A stretch of DNA of 63,656 bases, the filler included. It is 7 parts of 7 records of this genome, joined end to end, with 100 filler letters (N's around TTAATTAATTAA, not from the genome) between each part and the next. Parts side by side here need not be neighbours in the genome. Positions count along the whole stretch, not along the records: positions 9,815 to 20,001 come from SRR31147125_5471; 6 more parts are not named here. One strand, given 5' to 3'. Position 1 is the stretch's first letter. Each line of letters begins with the position of its first letter. Positions 9,815 to 19,624 of the stretch are shown here, one piece after another. Below the pieces are notes generated by a model. The model made no database searches. It worked only from the letters and a program-made list of their open reading frames with translations, and was not told where the DNA came from. Made by a program: the position numbers and the translations under genes.

Positions 9815-11829
9815 ACGGAGGTGCGGTTGATGGCCTTGCCGCAGTCATGGGCGTCGACGATTTGAACGATGGTGATCTGACCGGTTTCCATATCCACTTC
9901 GACCTCGGCTACCTGGGCGCTGCAGCCGTATGCCGGCGATGTGCCCACGGCGGCGCCTTTGTATGTGCCGCCCAGGAAGTGGGGTTTGTATTTGCCGGTG
10001 CCCACGATGGTACCTTTCTTCAGATAGGCGATGCGTGAGGCCTCCTTGAAGGTCATGTCTTCGGTGTCCGGGTTGTCTGTCCAGCCGCGATGTTCCTTGA
10101 TGTAGCGGGTGCGCAGCTCCGTGAAATCCACCTTGCGGTCGAATTTGATCCGACCGTCGACGATGTCGATGCCCTCGACCGGAATGTCCAGTTCGTCGGA
10201 CAACGCTTCGAGAACCTGGCGCTTGACGTCTTCCGCCGCATCCTTGGTGGCGTGGCCGGTCATCAGCGTCTGGCGGCTGGAGTAGGCTCCCAGGTCAACG
10301 CCCATGTCCGTGTCACCCGAGGCCAGTCGGATGGTTTCCAGGGGCACGCCCAGGCCTTCGGCGGCGATCATGGCAAAGGCGCTGTCCGACCCCTGCCCGA
10401 TTTCGGCCGATGCCGTGTAGACCAGGACGGTGCCGCCGTCTTCGGTGAGCTTGATCATTACCGTGCCATGGTATGTATCGGAGCGGTAGATGGGAAACCC
10501 GGCGCCGGAGACGAAGAATCCGCAAGACAGGCCGATGCCCTTGCCCTTGGGCAGGTTGCCCTTCTTGGTCTTCCAGTCCGATCCTTCGGTGACCGCATCC
10601 AGGCATTCGGCCATGCCGAAACTGCTCATGTTCAGATCGTTGCAGGTGGTGTCGCCGGTTTCCATCATGTTTTTCTGGCGCAGTTCCAATGGGTCGATAT
10701 CCAGTTCCTCGGCAATCATGTCCAGCTGCTGTTCGAAGGCCGCCCGGGCAATCACCGCACCGTGGCCGCGCTGGGCGCCGCAGGCCGGCTTGTTGGTGTA
10801 GACCCGGTAGCCGTCGTATTTCATGTTGGGCAACTTGTAGGGGCCGGCCAGGAGTGATCCGGCGTAGTAGACCGTTGCCGGGCCGAAACTGGCGTAGGCG
10901 CCGCCGTCCAGGCTGCACTCGTGTTCCAGGGCCATCAGGGTGCCGTCTTTTTTGACGCCGATGGTGATCTTGTGGGTGAAGGCATGGCGTCCGCGGTTAA
11001 ACATGAACACCTGCTCGCGCGAGTAGTTCATTTTGACCGGTTTGCCGGTTTTAAGCGCCATCAGGCTGCAAGCCAGTTCCATGGGGTTGGTGCCGGCCTT
11101 GGGGCCGAACCCGGCGCCCACATACTTTTTGATTACCCGCACCTTGCCTACATCCAGTCCCAGCACCATGGCCACCGTGCGCTGAACATAGTGGGGCGAC
11201 TGGGTCGAACTGATCAGCGTCAGGGTGCCGTCCAGATCGACTTCGGCGATACATCCCTGGGGTTCGATAAATCCGCCGTCCTGGCGTTTGTTTTTAACCG
11301 TGGTGGTCTTGATCAGGTCGCATTCCTTGAACGCGGCGGCCACGTCACCGAATTCCTGGTGAACCTCGCCGGTGATGTTGCGGGGGTATTTCTCATGCAG
11401 CTGAGGGGCGCCGTCGGCCATGGCATCCTCGATGCTGAGCAATACCGGCAGTTGTTCATACTCCACCTTGATCAGTTCCACGGCCTTTTCGGCGGTGGCC
11501 TTGTCGATGGCCGCCACGGCGGCGATTTCATCACCCACATAACGGACTTTGTCATGGCAGAACACGGTTTCGTCATAGCGGGCAGGGCTGACGCCGTATT
11601 TAACCAGTCCCGCCTCCTTGGCCGTTACCACGCACTTGACGCCGGGCAGCGCCTCGGCTGCCGAGGTGTCTATGCTCAGGATGTTGGCATGCGCATGGGG
11701 GCTTTGCAGCAACGCGCCATGCAGCATGCCGGGCTTGCTGATGTCGTCCACATAAACTGCCCGACCGGTGGCCTTGGCGGGCGTATCGATTCTCCTGGCC
11801 CTGCTGTTGATCACTTTATGGTCACTCAT
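9815..11829 (-). CDS. hcrA: Xanthine dehydrogenase-family Mo subunit, 4-hydroxybenzoyl-CoA reductase alpha-like (3'-truncated)
   Basis: ACGAQRGHG, FFVSG, AEIGQGS, DLGAYSSR and GAAVG...AQVAEVEVD..TG...AHDCGKA resemble HcrA-specific motifs. Confidence 0.72.
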
Positions 11830-11913
11830 GATTTTTTTATCCTCTCGTTGGTATTGCCATGCTTACATGGCCGATCTTAATGGGTTCGATGGGCAAGCTC
11901 ACTAGGCCCGTGC

Positions 11914-12366
11914 TCAAACGCTTTTGATCGCTTCGATGATTTTCTGGTAACCGGTGCATCGGCAAAGGTTTCCCGCGATTGCCGCGCGGACTTCGCTTTC
12001 GTTCGGTTTGGCGTTTTTGTCCAGCAGATGCTTGGCCGAGAGGATCATGCCGGGCGAGCAGAAACCGCACTGGATGGCGCCGTGTTCCACGAATGCATCT
12101 TGAACCGGATGAAGTCCCGCTTCCGTTTCCAGGCCTTCAATGGTCTCAACCGTGCAGCCATTGGCCTGAACCGCCAGGACCAGGCAGGAGTTTACCGGCA
12201 GGCCGTCGAGCAATACGGTGCAGGCACCGCAATCACCGGTCTCGCAACCCTTTTTGGTCCCGGTCAATCCGATTTCATAACGGATGAGGTCGGTAAGGGT
12301 CGTATTGGGTTCAGCGGCGATCTCGACCTCTCGGTCGTTCACCGTCAGCTTGATTAGCTTTTTCAT
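11914..12366 (-). CDS. hcrC: 2x[2Fe-2S] small subunit (HcrC/CoxS-like)
   Basis: GTKKGCETGDCGACTV, QCGFCSPG and GNLCRCTGY. An alternative in-frame ATG lies at 12381. Confidence 0.85.
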   Translation of the reverse strand: MKKLIKLTVNDREVEIAAEPNTTLTDLIRYEIGLTGTKKGCETGDCGACTVLLDGLPVNSCLVLAVQANGCTVETIEGLETEAGLHPVQDAFVEHGAIQCGFCSPGMILSAKHLLDKNAKPNESEVRAAIAGNLCRCTGYQKIIEAIKSV

Positions 12367-12436
12367 TGTTTTCTCCTTCATTTTCTCCTTTTACGGAGCG
12401 CATAACAGCTTTTAGGACGAAGTCGATGGGCTTGTG

Positions 12437-13312
12437 CTAAACCGTGGCCTGCGCGTAAGCGATATCCAGGGTCCGCTTGGTCAGGACACCCACCATGGCC
12501 TTGCGGTAGCTGGCCAGGCCCCTGAAATCATCGATGGGAGTACAATCTTGACGGGCTGCCTCACCGGCTTTGAGAAACAGGTCCTCATCCGGTTTTTGCC
12601 CTTTGAGTATATCTTCCGCCGTGCCGGCCCGTAGAGGGGTCGGTCCCACGGATCCCAGTACAATGCGCGCATCTTTGATGCTGCCGTCCGTTGCATCCAA
12701 GGCGATGAAGGAGGCGACGTTGACAACGTTGCAGTCCTGGGCTTTGCGTACGCCCAGATTGATGTAACCCGCGCCTTCACCGTCCCGGGGAGTCGGAACG
12801 GTGATGGTGGTCAGTATTTCTTCCGGAAGCATTTCGGTAAACCCGGGACCTTTGAAAAAGTCGCCCAGGGGAACTTCTCTTTTTCCTTTGCTGCTTTGCA
12901 GGGTGACGGTGGCGCCATAGGCGATCAAGGAAGGCGGAAGGTCCGCCGCCGGACGCGCTGAACCGATATTGCCGCCGATCGTGGCGCGATTGCGCACCAG
13001 GGGTGAGCCCAACGCCCTGGCACCCGAGCCCAGGGCACTGATCTTTTTTTCCACCAGCGCATCGACGGTCAACTCGGCAACCGTGTAACGGCCGCCAATA
13101 ACAATCTGATCACCTTTTTCCTCAATGCCGTGCATGGGTGCAATTTTTGAAAGACATACAATGTTCTCGGGCGCGAGAATCTTCTTTTTCATGTTTACCA
13201 TGAGATCTGTCCCACCGGCCACCAATTTGGCCTTTGGACCATATGTCGCCATAATCTCGCAGGCTTCATCGATTGAAGCCGGCTCATGAAAATCAAACCT
13301 TGGCAATAGCAT
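12437..13312 (-). CDS. hcrB: FAD-binding medium subunit (HcrB/CoxM-like) without the [4Fe-4S] insertion
   Basis: AGGTDL, RNRATIGGN and PIDDFRG..SYR motifs. No Cys-rich insert after GGN. Confidence 0.82.
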   Translation of the reverse strand: MLLPRFDFHEPASIDEACEIMATYGPKAKLVAGGTDLMVNMKKKILAPENIVCLSKIAPMHGIEEKGDQIVIGGRYTVAELTVDALVEKKISALGSGARALGSPLVRNRATIGGNIGSARPAADLPPSLIAYGATVTLQSSKGKREVPLGDFFKGPGFTEMLPEEILTTITVPTPRDGEGAGYINLGVRKAQDCNVVNVASFIALDATDGSIKDARIVLGSVGPTPLRAGTAEDILKGQKPDEDLFLKAGEAARQDCTPIDDFRGLASYRKAMVGVLTKRTLDIAYAQATV

Positions 13313-13431
13313 CCGTCCCCTCCTTGAAGTGTGAAGTTGGTAGTGCTTATCCGGAAAACGGCATTTTTCACCCGCTTCGAATGCGGGCCAAACCTACCCC
13401 TTCCAGACATTCATGACTGTCGTGTTCATGG

Positions 13432-14457
13432 TTACGCCGTTTTGCCAAACGGACATTGTGGATACCGGCAATCCGGGCAGTTCGCGCAGAATCCGCCATG
13501 CCCCATGGCGGTAATGTCCTTCCTGGTGAGCATTTCACCGGTTAACAGGCGTGGAATCACCAAATCAAAAATACTGGCCGGGTAATACATGACGCAACCC
13601 GGCAGGCCGACCACCGGGATGGTTCCCATATAGGCGAGCATGAACATGGCCCCGGGCAAAACAGGCGCGCCGTAGGTCACCACGCGCGCACCGGCGGTGC
13701 GGATACTGGTGGGGGTCTGGTCGTCCGGATCCACGGACATGCCGCCGGTCAGAGCGATGAACTGTGCGCCTTGGTCGATAAAGTCATGGATGGCGTCGAC
13801 CGTCATTTGCACATCATCGGAAACAAAGCGTTGGCCGATGATTTCACTGCCCAATTCGCCGAATTTTTTTTGAAGCACCGGTCCGAATTTGTCTTCGATG
13901 CGTCCATGATAGATTTCGCTTCCCGTGGTAACGACACCGATTTTGAGCGGGGAAAAGGGCTTTACCTGAACAACGGGATAATAATCATGGCAAATGGCTT
14001 CGATGGTCTGAATCCGTTCTTCGTCCGTATATAGAGGTATGATTCGTGTGCCTGCAACCGGCATGTCAGGACGCACATGGTAGTGGGTGTGCCGCGAGGC
14101 AAACATGATATCCTCGACATCGTTGATGAGGCCAAGGGCTGCGGTGTTGATCGTAAGCAGGCCGTTTTGCGTACTGATCAGGTTGACTTTACCTTCCGCC
14201 GCCTCCGACAGACAAAGGCCTTTGCCGGCCGCCGCTTCGGCGATTCTCTGGGCAGCTTCATCCTCATGGAGCATTCCCGGTTTCATATCGAGAACGTAAA
14301 TATTGGCCTTTCCCATGTCGAGCAGCTTGTCCACATCCGCTTGCTGAATGATGCGTCCTTTTTTAAATGCCCTGCCTTTGAAAAAGCCGGGCACGATTTG
14401 AGTGACATCGTGACCCAGCATCTTTCCGACTGCATCCTGAACAGGAACGGTTTTCAT
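13432..14457 (-). CDS. Molybdopterin-binding (MoeA-like) accessory protein with C-terminal Cys motif
   Basis: TTGSE, TGGMSVDPDD.TP, GAPVLPGAMF, GLPGCVMY and C-terminal CANCPDCRYPQCPFGK. Confidence 0.88.
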   Translation of the reverse strand: MKTVPVQDAVGKMLGHDVTQIVPGFFKGRAFKKGRIIQQADVDKLLDMGKANIYVLDMKPGMLHEDEAAQRIAEAAAGKGLCLSEAAEGKVNLISTQNGLLTINTAALGLINDVEDIMFASRHTHYHVRPDMPVAGTRIIPLYTDEERIQTIEAICHDYYPVVQVKPFSPLKIGVVTTGSEIYHGRIEDKFGPVLQKKFGELGSEIIGQRFVSDDVQMTVDAIHDFIDQGAQFIALTGGMSVDPDDQTPTSIRTAGARVVTYGAPVLPGAMFMLAYMGTIPVVGLPGCVMYYPASIFDLVIPRLLTGEMLTRKDITAMGHGGFCANCPDCRYPQCPFGKTA

Positions 14458-14749
14458 GGGGGACTCCAGATTGTGATAGTTGGTAAAGGAAGAAAGTAAT
14501 AAAAATCATTATAATGAACAAATTGATACTACCATGGATAAAATATTGTCAATATCAATTGTTTGCATACCCCATAAAAAATATAAAAATAAATGTAAAA
14601 TCAGATAAATATAAATTTAACAAATTTATTCGGGAATGATTTTGGTTGTCATTATAGGTTCATTATGGTGAATCTAAGAAAAAATGGCGGCTTGGTGCCG
14701 CGATTGGCCGCGCTATAGGCCGGGGATTGTCATTAATTCTAAAAAACTC

Positions 14750-14778
14750 TTGACAGCCCAACAAGCTTAACATATTAA
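14750..14778 (+). promoter_or_regulatory. sigma70-type promoter for etfBA, with -10 overlapped by a putative MarR box
   Basis: TTGACA(14750)-17 bp-TATTAA, and TTAACATATTAA at 14767-14778. Confidence 0.65.
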
Positions 14779-14867
14779 TAAAAAACGAGTTACTTTGTTG
14801 GGGGGTTGGCATTTTCTAATAATATTTCGAGCTTGCGACCGAACTAAATACAAATCGGGAGGACAAA

Positions 14868-15653
14868 TTGAAGATTCTCACAACCATCAAAAAGGTAGTT
14901 GATGTGGAATTGAACATCAACGTCGAGAACGGGACAATTGTTGAGGACGGCCTGCAGTACGTCATGAACGCCTGGGACGAAAATGCAGTGGAAGCCGTTG
15001 TCCAGCTGAAGGAAAAGAACAAGGCTGAGACAACGTTGGTAAGTATCGGTGGCGGTGAAGACGTGACCAAGATTATCCGCAAAGGCTTTGCCATGGGAAT
15101 TGAAAACGCGATTCAAATCGATGACGCGGCCCTGGCCAACGCGGATTCGTCGGTTTTTGCCAAGGTGCTGCAGAAGGTCCATGAAAAAGGCGATTATGAT
15201 CTGGTCATTACCGGTAAGCAAGCCCAGGATACCGACAGTGGTCAAACCGGAATCATGCTGGCGGAAAGCCTGGGTGTTCCTTGCGTCAGTAATGTCGTCG
15301 CCATTGACGCCATTGACGATCAAAAAATAAAAGTCTCCCGGTTGGGTGATGCCGGAACCGAAATCGTTGAATTAACGCTTCCCGCCGTGGTTACGGTTAG
15401 CGACAGCATCAATGAGCCGAGATTGCCCCAGATGCGCAGTATCATGATGGCCAAGAAAAAGAAGATCGCGGTGATGGACCTGGGGGGCCTCGGTACCTCC
15501 CTTGATGAAGTCGGTGGCGGTGCGCTGAAAACAGAAATTTTGGAATTCACGAAATCAGAAGCGCGCAAGGCCGGACAAAAATTTGAAGGCGATGCCGCCG
15601 AGATTACCGCCAAGGTGGTTGATCTACTGGCCAATGAAGCGAAGGTATTCTAA
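14868..15653 (+). CDS. etfB: Electron transfer flavoprotein beta subunit
   Basis: MNAWDENAVE, TGKQAQDTDSGQTG and NEPRLP. TTG start with GGAGG RBS. Confidence 0.95.
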   Translation: MKILTTIKKVVDVELNINVENGTIVEDGLQYVMNAWDENAVEAVVQLKEKNKAETTLVSIGGGEDVTKIIRKGFAMGIENAIQIDDAALANADSSVFAKVLQKVHEKGDYDLVITGKQAQDTDSGQTGIMLAESLGVPCVSNVVAIDAIDDQKIKVSRLGDAGTEIVELTLPAVVTVSDSINEPRLPQMRSIMMAKKKKIAVMDLGGLGTSLDEVGGGALKTEILEFTKSEARKAGQKFEGDAAEITAKVVDLLANEAKVF

Positions 15654-15709
15654 AGCGCATCATTCATCGTCACCAGACACGAACCGAATTCATACAAGGA
15701 AAAAATATT

Positions 15710-16669
15710 ATGGCTAAAGTACTCGTAGTCGCAGATATCAAAGAGGGTGTACTCAAGGGTAGCACCACCGAACTCCTATCCAAAGCCAAAACCATTGGCG
15801 CGGAAGCCGCGGTCGTGGCGATCGGCAGCAACATCGGATCACTGCTTCCTGACCTGGCCAAGGCGGGCTCCGACACCCAATATGTTGCCGATGACGCCGC
15901 GCTGGAAATGTTTTCGGCCGGCCCGTACGCCGCGTGTGTGGTTGATGCCGCCAATCAATTCGGCGCCGACATGATCTGGTTCGGTTTTTCCGAAAGCGGC
16001 AAGGCCGCCGCACCGCGGGTCGCCGCCCAACTGGATGCGGCCTGTGCCACGGAAATTACCGATGTGACATTGTCCGGGGATCAGTTGGAGTACGTCCGGC
16101 CCGCCATCGCCAATAAGGTGCTGCAGCGGGTGAAGGTCAACGCCAAGCAGTTGGTGGCTGTCGTGCGCGCCGGTGCTTTCGAAGCCCAGGAGGGAATCGG
16201 CGGTAGCGAAAACGCAGTTACGCTGACCGCTCCGGCCGCTGATCTAAAGGCATTGATCAAAGAGCTCATTTCCGACGCCAGTGGAGAGATCGATCTGGCC
16301 GATGCCGACATCGTCATTTCGATTGGACGGGGCGCCAAGGATCAGGCTGGCGTGGACATGGTCAAGGATCTGGCCGATGATCTCAAGGCCGGTTTTGGTT
16401 CCTCGCGTGCCATGGTCGATGCCGGTTTAATGGCCCATAACAAGCAGGTCGGGCAGACCGGAAAAATCGTCGCTCCGTCCCTTTACATGGCCATCGGTAT
16501 CTCCGGCGCCATTCAGCATCTGGCCGGCATGAACGGCTCGAAGGTCATCCTGGCCGTCAACAAAGATCCCGAAGCGCCGATTTTCAATGTGGCTGATTAT
16601 GGTATTGTCGGTGACCTGTTCGAAGTCGTTCCGATCCTTCGTGAAGAAATCCAAAAGTTGAGAAATTAA
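15710..16669 (+). CDS. etfA: Electron transfer flavoprotein alpha subunit
   Basis: SIGRG, SSRAMVD, QVGQTGK, GISGAIQHLAG and NKDPEAPIF. Confidence 0.96.
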   Translation: MAKVLVVADIKEGVLKGSTTELLSKAKTIGAEAAVVAIGSNIGSLLPDLAKAGSDTQYVADDAALEMFSAGPYAACVVDAANQFGADMIWFGFSESGKAAAPRVAAQLDAACATEITDVTLSGDQLEYVRPAIANKVLQRVKVNAKQLVAVVRAGAFEAQEGIGGSENAVTLTAPAADLKALIKELISDASGEIDLADADIVISIGRGAKDQAGVDMVKDLADDLKAGFGSSRAMVDAGLMAHNKQVGQTGKIVAPSLYMAIGISGAIQHLAGMNGSKVILAVNKDPEAPIFNVADYGIVGDLFEVVPILREEIQKLRN

Positions 16670-16688
16670 TCAGACATTTTTACCTACT

Positions 16689-16726
16689 ATGTGGCAAGTT
16701 CCCGACGGACAGGGAACTTGCCACAT
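16689..16726. repeat. Perfect 15-bp inverted repeat between etfA and the oxidoreductase gene
   Basis: ATGTGGCAAGTTCCC-gacggaca-GGGAACTTGCCACAT with no U-tract. Confidence 0.85.
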
Positions 16727-16764
16727 GTGCTATGGATTAACCACTTCTTGTTGATGAGGCGATT

Positions 16765-18873
16765 ATGAATCCCCTATTAATGGCGGTCGTGATCATTGTG
16801 GCGCTGGCGGTATTTGCGCGCACGATGATCGGAAAAATTCAATTACTCATGGCTCTCGAACCAGCCAACCGGCTGGACCATATCAAAGATCGCGTGATGA
16901 GTATGCTGGTTCTTGCCGTTGGTCAAAAACGTCTGGTGGCAAGGGCCAGAGAGCGAAGTTCGGGGTTGATGCATGCGTTTATCTTCTGGGGCTTTTGCGT
17001 GTTGCTGATACGCAGTGTTACCCTGTATGGCGAGGGCTTCCAAGAAGGGTTCTATTTGCCGTTTTTAGGGGGAGACTATCTGATCGGTTACCTGTATGTC
17101 GGGTTGAAGGACATCATGGAAGGGATTGTCCTTCTCATGGTCATTTACGCCATCTATCGTCGCGCCGTGGTCAGGCCCGAGCGCATGCATAACACCTTCG
17201 AAGCATACTTGGTGCTGGCGATGATCGGGATTCTGATGATCTCCGATTTATTGTACGATGGAACCCGGTTCAATTTGATTCAGCTGCATAACAATCCAGA
17301 GAATCTGCACTTCCTACACAGTGCGACATATGGCAGTGAATTCGTTTGGTCACCCATTTCCGCGGCTGCCGGAAAGCTGGTCGCGGGATTGGGGGTGGAA
17401 GCGAGTATGACCCTGATGGTGTTGATGTTTTGGGTCCACGTCTGTACCCAGCTCGTCTTCTTGAATATCCTTCCCACCGGCAAGCATTTTCACGTGATTA
17501 CCGCGCTGCCCAATGTCTTCCTGAAAACGTTGGGATACCCGCATGAAAAAACCAAAGTGTTGGATCTGGAAGATGAAGACGCCTGGGAGGATGAATCGCT
17601 GGGGCTGAATCACATCCATCAGCTCAACTGGAAACAGGGCCTGGACCTTTACACCTGCACCGAATGCGGGCGTTGCAAGGATGTTTGTCCGACCCATCTT
17701 ACCGACAAGCCGCTCAGCCTGTTCCAATTCAACGAAGACCTGAAGCATGAACTGTATGCCAATGCGGAAAATCTCATCAAACGGTCCAAAAAGGCCAAGC
17801 TGCTCAAAGAAATCGACAACGAGGAACGGGTCGAACAAGTAAAAGAGGAAGTCGCCGCCCTCAACTGTGAAAAACAGCTGGTTGGCGATGTAATCAGCGA
17901 GGATACGCTATGGGCCTGCACCACGTGCAGGGCCTGCGAAGCGGTATGCCCGGTGACCATCGAACATGTTCCGCGGATTGTTGCCATGCGGCAGGGACAG
18001 ATGCTGATGGCCGAAGCCTACCCCAAAGAACTCAATCCGGCGTTGAAAGGGCTGGAGCGCAACGGAAATCCCTGGGGCATCGGGTACGACAAAAGGGCGG
18101 ATTGGGCCGAGGGCCTGGGCGTCAGGACCATGGCCGAAGATGCGGATGTGGATTACCTGCTGTGGGTCGGGTGCGCCGGATCATTCGACGATCGATCCAA
18201 AAAAGTATCCGTGAGCCTCGTCAAGATACTGCAAAAAGCCGGAATCAATTTCGCCATACTGGGCGTGGAAGAGAAATGTACCGGAGACTTTGCCCGGCGG
18301 GTCGGCAATGAAATGCTTTACCAGATGATGGCTGAGGAAAATATCGAAACCCTCAATAATTATAAGGTAAAAAAAATAATCGCGGCCTGTCCGCATTGTT
18401 TAAATACCCTGAAACACGAATATCCGCAGTTGGGTGGCAATTACGAGGTTATTCACCATACCGAATTTATCGAACAGCTTGTGCAGCAGGGAAAAATCAA
18501 GCTCGACAAATCGTTAGAGGGAACGCTTACCTATCACGATCCCTGCTACCTGGGGCGCTATAACAATATCTTCGATCAGCCGCGCAATCTATTGAATGGC
18601 ATATCCAACTATGGCGTGAAGGAACTTGATCGGTCCCGCAAGGAAAGCTTTTGCTGCGGTGCCGGTGGCGGAAGAATGTGGATGGAGGAGACCATCGGAA
18701 AACGCATCAATATCAAGCGTTCCGAGGAGATCGCAGAGATGCGGGTCGCCAATGTTGCGGTAGGCTGCCCCTTCTGCCTGACGATGATCGAGGATGGCAT
18801 GAAAGAATTAGGGAAAGAAGAGACCATCAAGACCATGGATATTGCGGAACTCGTTGAAAAGAACATGGTTTAG
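16765..18873 (+). CDS. Membrane Fe-S oxidoreductase (FadF/HdrD-like; probable ETF:(methyl)menaquinone oxidoreductase, EMO)
   Basis: N-terminal TM domain with His residues (MHAFIFWGF, WVH, KHFH), two CxxCxxCxxxCP motifs and two CCG-type domains (CTGD..., YHDPC...CCGAGGG...CPFC). Adjacent to etfBA. Confidence 0.88.
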   Translation: MNPLLMAVVIIVALAVFARTMIGKIQLLMALEPANRLDHIKDRVMSMLVLAVGQKRLVARARERSSGLMHAFIFWGFCVLLIRSVTLYGEGFQEGFYLPFLGGDYLIGYLYVGLKDIMEGIVLLMVIYAIYRRAVVRPERMHNTFEAYLVLAMIGILMISDLLYDGTRFNLIQLHNNPENLHFLHSATYGSEFVWSPISAAAGKLVAGLGVEASMTLMVLMFWVHVCTQLVFLNILPTGKHFHVITALPNVFLKTLGYPHEKTKVLDLEDEDAWEDESLGLNHIHQLNWKQGLDLYTCTECGRCKDVCPTHLTDKPLSLFQFNEDLKHELYANAENLIKRSKKAKLLKEIDNEERVEQVKEEVAALNCEKQLVGDVISEDTLWACTTCRACEAVCPVTIEHVPRIVAMRQGQMLMAEAYPKELNPALKGLERNGNPWGIGYDKRADWAEGLGVRTMAEDADVDYLLWVGCAGSFDDRSKKVSVSLVKILQKAGINFAILGVEEKCTGDFARRVGNEMLYQMMAEENIETLNNYKVKKIIAACPHCLNTLKHEYPQLGGNYEVIHHTEFIEQLVQQGKIKLDKSLEGTLTYHDPCYLGRYNNIFDQPRNLLNGISNYGVKELDRSRKESFCCGAGGGRMWMEETIGKRINIKRSEEIAEMRVANVAVGCPFCLTMIEDGMKELGKEETIKTMDIAELVEKNMV

Positions 18874-18915
18874 GAGAAAGTTATCGAAACGTTTGGGAAA
18901 CCACGGCGTTTAACC

Positions 18916-18944
18916 AAGATGCGGTGTTTCCAGGACCGCATTTT
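18916..18944 (+). terminator. Probable intrinsic terminator
   Basis: ATGCGGT-gtttccagg-ACCGCAT-TTT downstream of the stop. Confidence 0.5.
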
Positions 18945-19096
18945 GCGTTACGCGCCGAGGTGCCCCGGGTGCTGGCAAGCCACCTTTTGCGCGGTACCTC
19001 AAATTTCAAAAAAGCAAATCCCCTGTTGTCTGTCGAGCACCACGTCAATGGCGTTCGGCAGGCATCAGCGCGGATTGGACCCTAAAAATGAGCGAG

Positions 19097-19576
19097 TTAC
19101 TTATTCTCGCTTTTATTGAACATGTGTTTTAACCCCTCCAGCAGCTTCTTTTTTTCTTCCTTGGAAAAGCTATTCAAATAGGTCTGCATGTTGTCTTCAT
19201 GAGCCACTTTTATGTTGTCGATTGCTCGTTTGCCCTTGGGGGTGATCTCCAGCAGGGTGATTCGCTCATCTCGAGGGTCGTTTTTCCTGATGATAAAACC
19301 ATTTTTTTCCAGTCGTTTGGCAATGCCGGTCATGTTTGGACTGGAAACGATCATGATTTTGCTGGCATTGGTCACCGAATTCTGGCCATTAGTTGATTTG
19401 TTTAATACTCTTAGAACGTTATATTGTGAAAAGGTCAACCCATAGTTTTTAAATATGGCATCTGAATCTTTTTTAAATAGCTCAGAGGCTTTCACCAAGG
19501 CGACCATCACCTTTTCATTGATTTCCAAGTCAGGCTTGTAGCCCCCTAACTCCATATTATTGTTAACACCTGTCAC
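19097..19576 (-). CDS. MarR-family transcriptional regulator
   Basis: GLTFSQYNVL, RLEKNGFIIRKNDPRDER..LEITPKG. Confidence 0.93.
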   Translation of the reverse strand: MTGVNNNMELGGYKPDLEINEKVMVALVKASELFKKDSDAIFKNYGLTFSQYNVLRVLNKSTNGQNSVTNASKIMIVSSPNMTGIAKRLEKNGFIIRKNDPRDERITLLEITPKGKRAIDNIKVAHEDNMQTYLNSFSKEEKKKLLEGLKHMFNKSENK

Positions 19577-19612
19577 CGTGTGGCCTCCCCTTTATATTTA
19601 ATATATTTATAG

Positions 19613-19624
19613 TTAACATGTTAA
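19613..19624. promoter_or_regulatory. Perfect palindrome upstream of marR (putative autoregulatory operator)
   Basis: TTAACATGTTAA, with an 11/12 copy at 14767-14778. Confidence 0.65.
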
